DNA of 50,327 bases from Alphaproteobacteria bacterium (GCA_035604475.1 DATNIJ010000048.1:1-50327), one strand, 5' to 3'; positions 1-9,736 are shown, numbered from the stretch's first letter. A program made the numbers and translations. The notes: generated by a model from the sequence alone, not told the origin.

Positions 1-24
1 CACACATCTTTCCTCGCATGGTCT

Positions 25-107
25 CGTCATTCCCGCGAAAGCGGGAATCCATTCGCTGAAATGGCGGGGTTCTGCCGTTCTGGATGCCCGCTTTCGCGGG
101 CATGACG
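25..107. repeat. Inverted pair of REP-like palindromic units
   Basis: CGTCATTCCCGCGAAAGCGGGAATCC (25-50) and GGATGCCCGCTTTCGCGGGCATGACG (82-107). The second is the near-perfect reverse complement of the first. Each unit has its own CCCGCG-AAA-GCGGG hairpin. The pair is intergenic. Confidence 0.6.
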
Positions 108-158
108 AATTTGCTGCTGATCGATAGCGGGATTTCAATCCTCTGATTAACAAAGATA

Positions 159-175
159 ATTCACGATGCGTGAAT
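159..175. promoter_or_regulatory. Perfect 7-3-7 palindrome, candidate operator upstream of the methyltransferase gene
   Basis: ATTCACG-ATG-CGTGAAT lies about 65 nt upstream of the ATG at 239, in an AT-richer intergenic stretch. Confidence 0.3.
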
Positions 176-238
176 CCACTAGCGCTTCCGCGGGGGTGAC
201 GAGACGGACGTTTCCATTCGATTGGATATCGCCTTAAG

Positions 239-1351
239 ATGCCGCAGGGAAAAAGCGAAAGGGAACGCGCAATGAGAGCGAGGAGCAAGACGACGGGAAG
301 CTCCGCCAAGGGGCCGGGCTTGCTTCAGCGCCTGGCCAAGGGGCCGGTGATCTGCGCCGAGGGCTATCTCTTCGAGTTCGAGCGGCGCGGCTACCTGCAG
401 GCCGGTGCCTTCGTGCCGGAGGTGGTGCTCGAGCATCCCGATCTCGTGGAAGAGCTCCATCGCGAGTTCGTGCACGCGGGCTCCGATGTGGTGGAGGCCT
501 TCACCTACTACGGGCATCGCGCCAAGCTGCGCCTCATCGGGCGCGAGAAGGACCTCGAGCCGATGAACCGCCAAGCCTTGAGTATCGCCAAGAAGGTGGC
601 CCGGGCGACCGGGACGCTCGTTGCCGGCAACATCTGCAATACGACGACCTACGCGCCGGACGACGCGTCGACGCACAAGGCCTCGCGCCGCATGTTCGAC
701 GAGCAGATCGGCTGGGCGGCCGACGCCGGCGTCGACTTCGTCATCGGCGAGACCTATTCCCACGCCGGCGAGGCGCTGATCGGGCTCGCCGCGATCAAGG
801 CGGCCAAGCTGCCCGCCGTCGTCACGCTGGCGATCCACAACAAGGGTATGACGCGCGAGGGCTGGGACCCGGTCGATGCCTGCAAGCGTCTCGAGGACGG
901 CGGTGCCGACGTGGTCGGGCTCAATTGCAGCCGCGGCCCGCGCACCATGCTGCCGCTTCTGAGGCGCATCAGGAAAGCGGTCAAGTGCCATGTCGCCGCA
1001 CTTCCCGTGCCCTACCGCACGACGCCCAAGGAGCCGACCTTCCAGATGCTGAACGACCGTCATTGCGATTGCATCCCGAACGACCACCCCTTCCCCGTGG
1101 CGCTCGACCCCTTCACCTGCAACCGCTATGAGATCGCGGAGTTCGGCAAGGCGGCCTACGCGCTGGGCGTACGCTATCTCGGCGTATGCTGCGGTGCCGG
1201 TCCGCACCACATCAGGGCACTCGCCGAGGCGCTCGGCCGCCACCCGCCCGCGAGCCGTTATTCGGCCGATATGTCGAAGCATTACATCTTCGGAAAGACC
1301 AAGGGCTTGCGCGCGCAGAACCTCAAATACGCCAAAAGTCTTCGGGGCTGA
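239..1351 (+). CDS. Homocysteine S-methyltransferase family protein (betaine-homocysteine methyltransferase-like)
   Basis: 370-aa ORF. The N-terminus reads LLQRLAKGPVICAEGYLFEFERRGY...PEVVLEHPDLVEELHREFVHAGSDVVEAFTYYGH, and GLNCSRGP and VCCGAGPHHIRALAEALG follow; all are typical of the BHMT/Hcy-binding (pterin-independent) domain. The true start may be the internal Met at codon 12. Confidence 0.8.
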   Translation: MPQGKSERERAMRARSKTTGSSAKGPGLLQRLAKGPVICAEGYLFEFERRGYLQAGAFVPEVVLEHPDLVEELHREFVHAGSDVVEAFTYYGHRAKLRLIGREKDLEPMNRQALSIAKKVARATGTLVAGNICNTTTYAPDDASTHKASRRMFDEQIGWAADAGVDFVIGETYSHAGEALIGLAAIKAAKLPAVVTLAIHNKGMTREGWDPVDACKRLEDGGADVVGLNCSRGPRTMLPLLRRIRKAVKCHVAALPVPYRTTPKEPTFQMLNDRHCDCIPNDHPFPVALDPFTCNRYEIAEFGKAAYALGVRYLGVCCGAGPHHIRALAEALGRHPPASRYSADMSKHYIFGKTKGLRAQNLKYAKSLRG

Positions 1352-1363
1352 GCAGGGGCGGCC

Positions 1364-2617
1364 GTGATGAGCGAGACGGGCGAGGGGCGGGCGGCGCCGC
1401 GCTGGGCGAGTGCGGGCGTCAAGGACAACGAGCGCCAAATCGACATGCCGGCTTTGCGCGCCTATCGGATGGGGCGCGTCCAGGCGGAGCTGAGACGGCG
1501 CGACTACGGGGCCGCACTCCTCCTCGATCCCATGAACATCCGCTACGCCACGGGCAGCCGCAACATGTCCGTGTGGACCTCGCACACGCCGGCGCGCTAC
1601 TGCTTTCTGCCGGCGGACGGCAAGGCGATCCTCTTCGACTTCCACAATTGCGAGCATCTCTCGGCCGGGCTCGAGACCATCGCGGAAGTGCGGCCGGCGC
1701 GCGGCTTCTACTTCTTCGGCGCCGGCAGCCGCGTCGAGGAGAAGGCCAAGGCCTGGGCCGAGGAGATCGCGGAGCTCGTCGCCCGTCATTGCAGCACCAA
1801 CCGCCGGCTCGCGGTCGACCGCCTCGATCCGCCCGGCACCGCGGCACTGCTCGCACGCGGCATCCGGATTTTCGACGGGCAGGAAGTTTGCGAGCTCGCC
1901 CGCTCGATCAAGTCCGAGGAGGAGATCGCCTGCATGACGCACGCGATCGCCGTGTGCGAGGCCGGCATGGCGCGCATGCGCGAGGCGCTGAAGCCCGGCC
2001 TCTCGGAGAACGAGCTCTGGGCCACGCTGCACGAGACCAATATCCGGCTCGGCGGCGAATGGATCGAGACGCGCATCCTGTCCTCGGGCGAGCGCACCAA
2101 CCCTTGGTTCCAGGAGTGCGGCGACCGGCTCATCCGCGCGGGCGATCTGGTGAGCTTCGACACCGATCTGATCGGGCCGTTCGGCTATTGCGCCGACATC
2201 TCGCGCACCTATTTCTGCGGGCCGGGTAAGCCGAGCGAGGAGCAGCGCCGGCTCTATGGCCTGGCACTCGAGCAGATTCATTACAACATCGACAAGCTGA
2301 TGCGGCCGGGCCTCAATTTCCGCGAGGCCTCGGAGCTCGCCTGGCGCATTCCCAACGCCTTCGTGAAGAACCGCTATTCCTGCGTGGCGCACGGCGTGGG
2401 ACTGTGCGACGAATGGCCCAAGATCACCCACATCCAGGACCGCGAGAAGAGCGCCTATGACGGCGAGCTGGCACCCGGCATGACCATCTGTGTGGAGAGC
2501 TACATGGGCGAGGAGGGGGGACGGGAGGGCGTCAAGCTCGAGCAGCAGGTCCTCATCACCGACAAGGGCGCGCGCCTGCTCTCGACCTTCCCCTTCGAGG
2601 AAGCGCTCGCGACATGA
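1364..2617 (+). CDS. M24 family metallohydrolase (creatinase/prolidase/ectoine-hydrolase-like)
   Basis: 417-aa ORF. It has a creatinase-like N-domain (LLLDPMNIRYATG) and a pita-bread C-domain with metal-ligand context (DLVSFDTDLIGPFGYCADISRTY, VAHGVGL, ICVESY). Confidence 0.75.
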   Translation: MMSETGEGRAAPRWASAGVKDNERQIDMPALRAYRMGRVQAELRRRDYGAALLLDPMNIRYATGSRNMSVWTSHTPARYCFLPADGKAILFDFHNCEHLSAGLETIAEVRPARGFYFFGAGSRVEEKAKAWAEEIAELVARHCSTNRRLAVDRLDPPGTAALLARGIRIFDGQEVCELARSIKSEEEIACMTHAIAVCEAGMARMREALKPGLSENELWATLHETNIRLGGEWIETRILSSGERTNPWFQECGDRLIRAGDLVSFDTDLIGPFGYCADISRTYFCGPGKPSEEQRRLYGLALEQIHYNIDKLMRPGLNFREASELAWRIPNAFVKNRYSCVAHGVGLCDEWPKITHIQDREKSAYDGELAPGMTICVESYMGEEGGREGVKLEQQVLITDKGARLLSTFPFEEALAT

Positions 2618-2782
2618 AGGCGCGGAAGGGAGGCCGCACCGGTGCTGCCGGGCGCGCGCTTCCTTGACAAGCTTGGGCGCTTCTCGGAGGATGATTCGAC
2701 AACGAGAACCGGCCGCGGATCGCCAAGAAACCGTCGTTGAGAACGTGCAGGCTCCGAGCGGCCGTCTTCAAGGGAGGATGCC

Positions 2783-4468
2783 ATGGGTGACGACCGCGAA
2801 CACGCCTACATTCCCGTCCTGAAGCAGCAGCTGGCCGAGCGCAGGATCGACCGCCGCGAGTTCCTGCGCAGCGCCACCTTGCTCGGCATGTCCGCGGCCG
2901 CAGCCTATGCATTCGCGGGAAAGCTCGCGGGCGGCGATTTCGCGGCCCCCGCCGCGGCGCAAGCCGACATGCCCAAGGGTGGGGTGATCCGCATCGGCAT
3001 GCGCTGCCAGGACCTCAAGAGCCCGCACACCTACAGCTGGGTCGAATCCTCGAACGCCGCGCGCCTCGTCTACGACTATCTCACGGTCACCGGGGTCGAC
3101 AACGTGACGCGCCCGGCACTCTGCGAGAAGTGGGAGGCAAGCGACGACCTCAAGAGCTGGACGCTCCACCTGCGCAAGGACGTGAAATGGCATAACGGCC
3201 GCAAATTCACGGCCGACGACGTGATGTGGAACTTGAAGCACGTGCTCGACCCCAAGACCGGCTCCTCCGTGCTCGGCCTCTTCAAGGGATTCAGCCTCGA
3301 GGAGTACGACGCGGGCGAGAAGGACGCCAAGGGCAATCCCAAGAAATCGACCAAGCTGTGGGACGCGAACGCGCTCGAGAAGCTCGACGACTACACGGTA
3401 CGCCTCAACGGCAAGACGCCGCAGCTTGCCATCCCCGAGAATCTCTTCCACTACCCCCTCCTCATTCTCGATCCAGAGAGCGGAGGCGTGCACAAGGTGG
3501 GTGCGAACGGCACCGGAGCCTTCACCATGGTCGAGGACGAGGTCGGCCGACGCCAAGTCTACAAGCCGGTCAAGGGCTATTGGGGTCAAGGGCCCTACGT
3601 CGACGAATGGCAATACATCGATCTCGGCGACGAGGCGGCCGCCTTCTTGAGCGCGCTTGCCTCCAAGCAGGTCGACGGTCTCTACGCCGGCGAAGTGGCA
3701 CAGCTCGACGCCATGAAGCAGCTCTCCCACGTCGCCATGTACGAGGTGGGAACCGCCTATACCGCGGTCGCGCGCGTGCAGCCGCAGAAGCCTTTCGACG
3801 ACAAGCGCGTGCGCCAGGCGCTCCGCTATGCCACCGATCCGGCGAGCGTGCTGCAGATCTCCTATCGCGGCCTCGGCGTGGCCGGCGAGCACCACCATGT
3901 CGCCTCCGTCCATCCGGAGTATGCGAAGCTCGCACCCTTCACGCGCGACGTGGCCAAAGCCAAGCAGCTCCTCGCCGATGCCGGATATCCGACCGGCATC
4001 GACGTCGAGATTGCGGCGCGCCCCCAGCCGGATTGGGAGCTCGTCGCGGTGCAGACCATGGTCGAGCAGTGGAAGGAGGCCGGTATCCGGGTCAAGATCA
4101 ACGTCATGCCCTCGACCCAATATTGGGACGTCTGGACCAAGGTGCCCTTCGGCTTCACTACCTGGGCGCATCGTCCGCTCGGCATCATGGTGCTGGGGCT
4201 CGCCTACCGCACGGGCGTGCCGTGGAACGAGTCCCATTATTCGAACCCGGAGTTCGACAAGCTTCTCTCGGAGGCCGAGGGCCTGCTCGACGTCGAGAAG
4301 CGCCGCGCGGTGATGGCCAAGCTCGAGGCCATCATGCAGGACGACGGGCCGATCGTGCAGCCGGTCTGGCGCTCGCTCTTCACCTTCATGGACAAGCGCG
4401 TCAAGGGCTTCAAGATGCACCCGACGGGCTACATCTTCGGCAATGAGATCGCGATCCAGCCGGCGTGA
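2783..4468 (+). CDS. ABC transporter substrate-binding protein, family 5 (peptide/nickel/opine type), Tat signal
   Basis: 561 aa. A twin-arginine leader (RRIDRREFLRSATLLGMSAAAAYAFA) is followed by DppA/OppA-like body motifs (WHNGRKFTADDV, RVRQALRYATD). A GGGAGG Shine-Dalgarno lies 5 nt upstream. Confidence 0.85.
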   Translation: MGDDREHAYIPVLKQQLAERRIDRREFLRSATLLGMSAAAAYAFAGKLAGGDFAAPAAAQADMPKGGVIRIGMRCQDLKSPHTYSWVESSNAARLVYDYLTVTGVDNVTRPALCEKWEASDDLKSWTLHLRKDVKWHNGRKFTADDVMWNLKHVLDPKTGSSVLGLFKGFSLEEYDAGEKDAKGNPKKSTKLWDANALEKLDDYTVRLNGKTPQLAIPENLFHYPLLILDPESGGVHKVGANGTGAFTMVEDEVGRRQVYKPVKGYWGQGPYVDEWQYIDLGDEAAAFLSALASKQVDGLYAGEVAQLDAMKQLSHVAMYEVGTAYTAVARVQPQKPFDDKRVRQALRYATDPASVLQISYRGLGVAGEHHHVASVHPEYAKLAPFTRDVAKAKQLLADAGYPTGIDVEIAARPQPDWELVAVQTMVEQWKEAGIRVKINVMPSTQYWDVWTKVPFGFTTWAHRPLGIMVLGLAYRTGVPWNESHYSNPEFDKLLSEAEGLLDVEKRRAVMAKLEAIMQDDGPIVQPVWRSLFTFMDKRVKGFKMHPTGYIFGNEIAIQPA

Positions 4469-5309
4469 GCCGCGGGAGGAAGAAGCGGCAAGCGCGCTGA
4501 TCGATCTCGCGCGCTATCCGATCGACGATCTTAGGAGCGCGCCGGCCGCTGCGCTGGTCGCCGAATGCCGCCGGCAGCTCGCGGCCACGGGGGCCTGCCT
4601 CCTGCCGGACTTTCTGCGGCCCGCCGCACTCGCCGCCATGGCGGCGGAAGCGGCGAGCCTGGCACCGCTCGCGCACCGCACGCCCGGGAGCCGCAGCACG
4701 GCTTATCTGGAAGCGCCGGACGAGAGCTTCCCGCAAGAGCACCCGAAACGCCGTCTGCAGTCGACCTCGGTCGGGGCCGTCGCCTACGATCTCATTCCGC
4801 CCAAGGCACTCCTGCGCCGGCTCTACGAATGGGACGGCCTCATCGCCTTTCTCGCGCAGGCGCTCGGCAGGGAAAAGCTCTATCGCTACGCCGATCCGCT
4901 CGGAGCCCTCAATGTCGCGGTGATGGAAGACGGCGAGGGCCTCCTCTGGCACTTCGACCAGACCGATTTCGTGGTCTCGCTCCTGCTTCAGAAGTGCGCA
5001 CACGGCGGGGTCTTCGAATATGCGCCCCATATCCGCGGGCCCGATGAGCCCAACTACGACAAGGTCTGGCGCCTGCTCGATGGTGCGCGCGAGGGCGTCG
5101 TCGCGCTCGATATGGCGCCCGGCACGCTCGTGCTCTTCCAGGGCCGCTACTCGGTCCACCGCGTGACTGCGGTCGAGGGAGCGCTGCCGCGCCTCATCGC
5201 CCTTCTCGGCTATGACACCCAGCCCGGGACGATGAGCTCCGAGCGCTTGAAGCTGCGGCGATATGGAAGGGTGGAGCCCGTCGCCGCGACGCTGCTTCGC
5301 GCCGACTAA
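4443..5309 (+). CDS. Fe(II)/2-oxoglutarate-dependent oxygenase (BesD/HalD-like fold, hydroxylase-type HxD triad)
   Basis: 288-aa ORF. WHFDQTD gives His-x-Asp and GRYSVHRV gives the distal His plus Arg. The Asp (not Gly/Ala) argues for a hydroxylase rather than a halogenase. The start is uncertain because the ATG at 4443 overlaps the SBP gene by 26 nt. Confidence 0.6.
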   Translation: MRSRSSRREPREEEAASALIDLARYPIDDLRSAPAAALVAECRRQLAATGACLLPDFLRPAALAAMAAEAASLAPLAHRTPGSRSTAYLEAPDESFPQEHPKRRLQSTSVGAVAYDLIPPKALLRRLYEWDGLIAFLAQALGREKLYRYADPLGALNVAVMEDGEGLLWHFDQTDFVVSLLLQKCAHGGVFEYAPHIRGPDEPNYDKVWRLLDGAREGVVALDMAPGTLVLFQGRYSVHRVTAVEGALPRLIALLGYDTQPGTMSSERLKLRRYGRVEPVAATLLRAD

Positions 5310-5327
5310 CGCATCGCTGATCGCGAT

Positions 5328-5495
5328 AAGCCCCTCTCCCGCTTGCGGGAGAGGGAAGGGGCCCATCCCGAAGGGATGGGAAGGGTGAGGGAATGCCGGA
5401 TGTCGGCGCCGTCCCTCACCCTCCGACGGCCTTGCGGCCGCGGGTCCCTCGTCGATCCGCCTTGCGGCTCGACCCCGCAAGCGGGAGAGGGGCTT
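5328..5495. repeat. MITE/RIME-like intergenic mosaic element with 22-nt terminal inverted repeats and nested hairpins
   Basis: AAGCCCCTCTCCCGCTTGCGGG (5328-5349) is perfectly complementary to CCCGCAAGCGGGAGAGGGGCTT (5474-5495). Internal hairpins are CCCATCCC-GAA-GGGATGGG and GGGTGAGGGA...TCCCTCACCC. The element sits between convergent genes. Confidence 0.6.
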
Positions 5496-5530
5496 CTCCA
5501 AGAAGATTTAAGAATGCACTCATATGCTAG

Positions 5531-7594
5531 CTATCTTTCTTTCTCCGCGGCCGATGCCGCATTGAGCCGTTCGAGCTCCTTCGCCGGGATGTGGCAGGCG
5601 ATGCGGTGGCCCCCTTCCAGCTGCTGCTCCGGAGGCGGCGTCGTGTCGCAGATCTCGCCCACCTTGCGCGGGCAGCGCGAGGCGAAGGGGCAGCCGGCGG
5701 GAAGGTCGATGGCGCTCGGCAGCGTCCCCTCGAGGATGATGCGTTGCGAGCGCTGCTCCGGGTCGGGCACGGGAACGGCCGAGAGGAGTGCTTCGGTATA
5801 AGGGTGGTGCGGGGGAGCGAAGACCGCATCGGTCGGCCCGAACTCGACCACCTTGCCGAGATACATGACCGCGACGTGGTCCGCGAGATAGCGTACGACG
5901 GCGAGGTCGTGGGAGATGAAGATGAGGCTCTCGCGGCACTCGGCCTGAAGCTCCGACAGGAGGTTGATGATCGCCGCCTGGACCGAGACGTCGAGGGAGG
6001 AGACGGGCTCGTCAGCGATCACGATGTCGGGGTCGCCGGCAAGCGCGCGCGCGATCGCGACGCGCTGCTTCTGCCCGCCGGAGAGCTGCTGCGGCGTGCG
6101 CTCGGCGAGCTCGGGCGCCAGGCTCACCACCTCGAAGAGACGCCGCGTCCCGTCTGCGGCCGCGGCGGTGCCAAGTCCCTTGAGGCGCTTGAGCGCGCGG
6201 GCCACCGAGTAGCCGACGCGATGGCTCGGGTTGAGCGTGCTGTCCGGGTTCTGGAACACCATCTGGAGCTTGCGCTTGAGCGAATTCGGGCGGGCCTCGA
6301 CGCGCCGAGCGCCGATCTCCTCGCCATCGAGCTCGACGCGGCCCGCGCTCGCCACCTCGAGCCCGCTCAAGATGCGCGCGAAGGTCGATTTGCCGCAGCC
6401 GGACTCGCCGACGATCGCGAGCGTCTCGCCGCGCCGGAGCACCAGATCGACGGCGTTGAGCGCCTTGACCGGCCGCCCGCTTCTGCCGAAGGTGCTGATC
6501 GATTGACGGTAGGATTTGGCGAGCTTCTCCGCCTTGAGGAGCACCGGCGACTTCGCCTCGTCCCTGTCCTCGCCGGGAGCTCCGGGCTCGGGCCGCCAGG
6601 ACGCCAGCTCGCCCACCTTGACGCAGCGCGCGCGATGTCCGGGCTCGCCGGGGACCGCGAGGCTCGGGATGGGAGCGGCCATGCAGCGCTCCGGCTCGGC
6701 ATGGGGACAGCGCGGCGCGAAGCCGCAACCCGGAGGCCGCGCCAAGGGCGAGAGCGCCTGGCCGGGGATGGGCCTGAGCTTGCTCTCGTGCTTGCTGCGC
6801 CCGAGACGGGGGAGGCAGTCGAGCAGGCCGCGCGTATAGGGGTGGCGCGGATTGGCGAAAACCTCCCGGATGGACCCTTCCTCGACGAGCTCGCCGCCAT
6901 AGAGCACGGCGATGCGGTCGCACACCTGGGCGACGGTGCCGAGATTGTGGCTGATGAAGAGCAGCGCCGTGTCGTGCCGTTTGCGCAGCGCGCTTACGAG
7001 ATCGAGCACGGCGGCCTCGACGGTCACGTCGAGCCCGGTCGTCGGCTCGTCCATGATGAGGAGCGTGGGCCTGCCGATGAGCGCCATCGCGATGACGATG
7101 CGCTGCTGCTGTCCGCCCGAGAGCTGGTGCGGATAGCGCGCCATGATCGCGGCCGGATCGGCGAAATTGACCTCGGCCAGCATGGCTGTGGCGCGCGCGC
7201 GGGCCTCCTCCTCGCCGACACCCTCATGCAGCCTCGGCACCTCCATGAGCTGGCGCTCGATGGTCATGACGGGGTTCAAGCTGCTCATGGGGTCCTGATA
7301 GACCATCGCGATGCGGCGGCCGCGAATCGCGCGCAGCTCGGCCTCGCTCATGGCGGCTGTGTCGCGCCCCTCGAAGAGGATGCGTCCGCTCACGACGCGG
7401 CCGAGCGGGCCGAGATAGCGCACGATCGAGAAGGCGACGGTCGACTTGCCCGAGCCCGACTCGCCGACGAGGCCGAGCGCCTCGCCGCGCGCGAGCGCCA
7501 GGCTGAGGCCGGGCGTCACGTTGAGCTCGCCCTTCCGCGTCATGAAGGAGAGGCGTACGCGGTCGAGCTCGAGGACGGGTGCCGGCTCAGGCAC
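5531..7594 (-). CDS. ABC transporter ATP-binding protein, fused double ATPase (DppD/DppF-type)
   Basis: 687 aa with two Walker A motifs (GESGSGKST, GESGCGKST), two signature motifs (LSGGQQQR, LSGGQKQR) and two Walker B motifs (LIMDEPTT, VIADEPVS). Oligopeptide-type C-terminal extensions carry Cys clusters. Confidence 0.92.
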   Translation of the reverse strand: MPEPAPVLELDRVRLSFMTRKGELNVTPGLSLALARGEALGLVGESGSGKSTVAFSIVRYLGPLGRVVSGRILFEGRDTAAMSEAELRAIRGRRIAMVYQDPMSSLNPVMTIERQLMEVPRLHEGVGEEEARARATAMLAEVNFADPAAIMARYPHQLSGGQQQRIVIAMALIGRPTLLIMDEPTTGLDVTVEAAVLDLVSALRKRHDTALLFISHNLGTVAQVCDRIAVLYGGELVEEGSIREVFANPRHPYTRGLLDCLPRLGRSKHESKLRPIPGQALSPLARPPGCGFAPRCPHAEPERCMAAPIPSLAVPGEPGHRARCVKVGELASWRPEPGAPGEDRDEAKSPVLLKAEKLAKSYRQSISTFGRSGRPVKALNAVDLVLRRGETLAIVGESGCGKSTFARILSGLEVASAGRVELDGEEIGARRVEARPNSLKRKLQMVFQNPDSTLNPSHRVGYSVARALKRLKGLGTAAAADGTRRLFEVVSLAPELAERTPQQLSGGQKQRVAIARALAGDPDIVIADEPVSSLDVSVQAAIINLLSELQAECRESLIFISHDLAVVRYLADHVAVMYLGKVVEFGPTDAVFAPPHHPYTEALLSAVPVPDPEQRSQRIILEGTLPSAIDLPAGCPFASRCPRKVGEICDTTPPPEQQLEGGHRIACHIPAKELERLNAASAAEKER

Positions 7595-8486
7595 GGAAGG
7601 CCCTCTCGCGCAGGCCGATGGCGAGCAGGTTGAAGCCGATCACGAGCGAGGAGATCGCGGCGCAGGGAATGAGCGACATGTGCGGCCACACCGACATCAT
7701 GCCGTAGGTGTCCTTGACCATCCCACCCCAGTCGGGATCGGGCGGCGGCAGGCCGATGCCGAGGAAGCCGAGCACGCCGATGGTGATCGTCGTGTAGCCC
7801 ATGCGCAGGCACATATCCACGATGAGCGGTCCGCGCGCGTTCGGCAGGATCTCGACCAGCATGATGAAGAGCGCCCCCTCTCCGCGCATCTTGGCGGCGG
7901 CGACGTACTCGCGTTCGCGCAGCTCGAGCGTGAGGCCGCGCACGATGCGGGCGATGATCGGCGCCTTGGTGATGGCGATGACGAGGATGATGTTGAGCGC
8001 GGACGAGCCGAAAAGCGTCAACACGATCATGTAGAGGATGATCACCGGAAAGGAGAGCAGGATGTCGGCGACGCGGGAGATCAGAAGATCGGCAATACCC
8101 CGGTAGTAGCCGGCGACGAGTCCGAGAAAGCAGCCGACCACGGCGGCGGAAAGTACCGCGATTGGCGCCACCGTCAGCACGCGGCGCGCGCCCCACAACA
8201 CGCGCGAGAGGATGTCGCGGCCGAGATGATCGGTGCCGAGAAGGTGTGCTGCCGACGGCGTGGGATGCGTTGCCCCCAGCATGGCGGTCGCGTTCGGCGG
8301 GTAGGGCGAGAGGAGTGGTGCGAAAACTGCGGCTGCGACCCAGAACAGCACGATCGCGAGACCGACGAGCGTCGTCCTCGACCCGGCAAGGCCCGCAAGC
8401 GGGGAGAGCCGGGCCGCGAGCCGGCCGGGCCGACGCGCGGGGCGGGGGGAGGCTTCGTGCGTTCGTGCGATGCTTTCGAAGCCCAT
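7587..8486 (-). CDS. ABC transporter permease (DppC-like)
   Basis: The start is taken at MGFESIARTHE... (ATG complement at 8484-8486) inside a longer ORF. The multi-TM body has an EAA-like region (EYVAAAKMRGEGALFIM). An 8-nt overlap with the downstream ATPase gene suggests coupling. Confidence 0.85.
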   Translation of the reverse strand: MGFESIARTHEASPRPARRPGRLAARLSPLAGLAGSRTTLVGLAIVLFWVAAAVFAPLLSPYPPNATAMLGATHPTPSAAHLLGTDHLGRDILSRVLWGARRVLTVAPIAVLSAAVVGCFLGLVAGYYRGIADLLISRVADILLSFPVIILYMIVLTLFGSSALNIILVIAITKAPIIARIVRGLTLELREREYVAAAKMRGEGALFIMLVEILPNARGPLIVDMCLRMGYTTITIGVLGFLGIGLPPPDPDWGGMVKDTYGMMSVWPHMSLIPCAAISSLVIGFNLLAIGLRERAFRA

Positions 8487-8500
8487 GGCGGCGTCCTCGC

Positions 8501-9439
8501 TCAGGTGCGAATACGCGGGTCGAGCAGCATATAGGCGAGGTCGCCGAGGATCTGCGTGGCGACGGCGACGAATACGGAGACGAGGGCCCCCGCTTCGATG
8601 AGCGCTATGTCCTTGTAAAGCGAGGCCTCGAGCATCATGCGTCCGAACCCCGGATAGGCGAAGACGCTCTCGACCACCACTACCCCACTCACCAGGTAGT
8701 TGATCTGCAGGAGGATCACGGTGACGGGGTTGATCATGGCGTTGCGCAACGCGTGGCCGAGCACCACGCCGCGGAAGCGCATGCCCTTGAGCACGGCCGT
8801 CCGGATGTAGGGCTGGCGCATCACCTCGACCATGGAGGCCCGCACCATGCTCACGACGTAGCCCATGTCGAACAGCACGATCACCGCGACGGGCAAGACC
8901 AGCTGGACGGCGATCGGCCAGGACCCGCCGGGCTCGAGCGTCGCGGTACCGGGAAGCCAGCGCAGGCTCACCACGAAGATGCTGGCGAGAAAGACGCCCA
9001 TGGCGAACTCGGGCACCGAGGCGAGGACCGCACTCGTGAGCAGGATCACGCGGTCGAGCGCCGAGCCCTCGCGCATGCCGGCCACGATGCCGAAAAGCAT
9101 CGAGAGGGGCACGATGAAGAGGAACGAGACGAGTGCCAGAAGCCCGGTGTTGGCCAGGCGGTCGAAGATGATGTCCTTGACCGGTACGCGGAAGCGGGTC
9201 GAGACGCCGAGGTCGCCCGAGAGCATCTTGCCGACATACTCTACGTAGCGGACGAGCACGGGGCGATCGAGCCCCATTTGCTTGCTCAGGATGTCGACCT
9301 GCTCCTGCGTCGCGTAGGCGCCGAGGTACTTGCGTGCGACGTCGCCGGGGGTGAGCTCGGTGAGCATGAAGACAAGGAAGGAGACGACGACGAGCGTGAG
9401 GCAGAGGAAGAGGAGGTGCTTGATCAGGAATCGCGCCAT
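8501..9439 (-). CDS. ABC transporter permease (DppB-like)
   Basis: The start is taken at MARFLIKHLLFLCLTLVVVSF (classic DppB/OppB N-terminus). The motif YIRTAVLKGMRFRGVVLGHALRNA is present. Ends ...LDPRIRT. Confidence 0.88.
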   Translation of the reverse strand: MARFLIKHLLFLCLTLVVVSFLVFMLTELTPGDVARKYLGAYATQEQVDILSKQMGLDRPVLVRYVEYVGKMLSGDLGVSTRFRVPVKDIIFDRLANTGLLALVSFLFIVPLSMLFGIVAGMREGSALDRVILLTSAVLASVPEFAMGVFLASIFVVSLRWLPGTATLEPGGSWPIAVQLVLPVAVIVLFDMGYVVSMVRASMVEVMRQPYIRTAVLKGMRFRGVVLGHALRNAMINPVTVILLQINYLVSGVVVVESVFAYPGFGRMMLEASLYKDIALIEAGALVSVFVAVATQILGDLAYMLLDPRIRT

Positions 9440-9736
9440 CACCCGCCACTCGTCCGCAGACGTTAAACGGAAAGAGGGGGTGACGCGCGCGCTCGCCGCA
9501 GCACCTCTCCGCCTCCCCGGCATCCCGGAGCCGTCGTTGCTCTTTGCGGCTCTCTCAGGGGAGGATAGCGCCGGGGCGGGGGGGGGTCAAACGCTGGCGG
9601 GGCTAGCGCTCCCGCTATGCCGTGCGTGATCTCAGGCGATGGCATATGATCGTGCGGAAGGGAATGCCGGCACGCGCCTGACCGCGGTGACCGGGGAGCG
9701 GCGGACAAGTCTTCGAGAGCTGGCGCAGAGGGGGCG

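Noticed and set aside
179-2431. Very long ORFs antisense to or overlapping annotated genes. Examples: 179-2431(-), 2768-4420(-), 5591-7633(+), 9632-12181(-), 13777-15858(-), 33827-36256(+), 36093-37952(+), 39992-42508(+), 44047-45333(+), 46256-47779(+).
   Set aside because: Their translations are Arg/Ala/Gly/Pro-rich low-complexity strings with no recognisable motifs. Each lies opposite an ORF with clear family signatures. This is the usual shadow-ORF behaviour of high-GC DNA.
2664-2700. TTGACA hexamer upstream of the SBP gene as a promoter.
   Set aside because: No acceptable -10 lies at 16-18 nt spacing (GAGGAT at best). A single hexamer match in 165 nt is not evidence.
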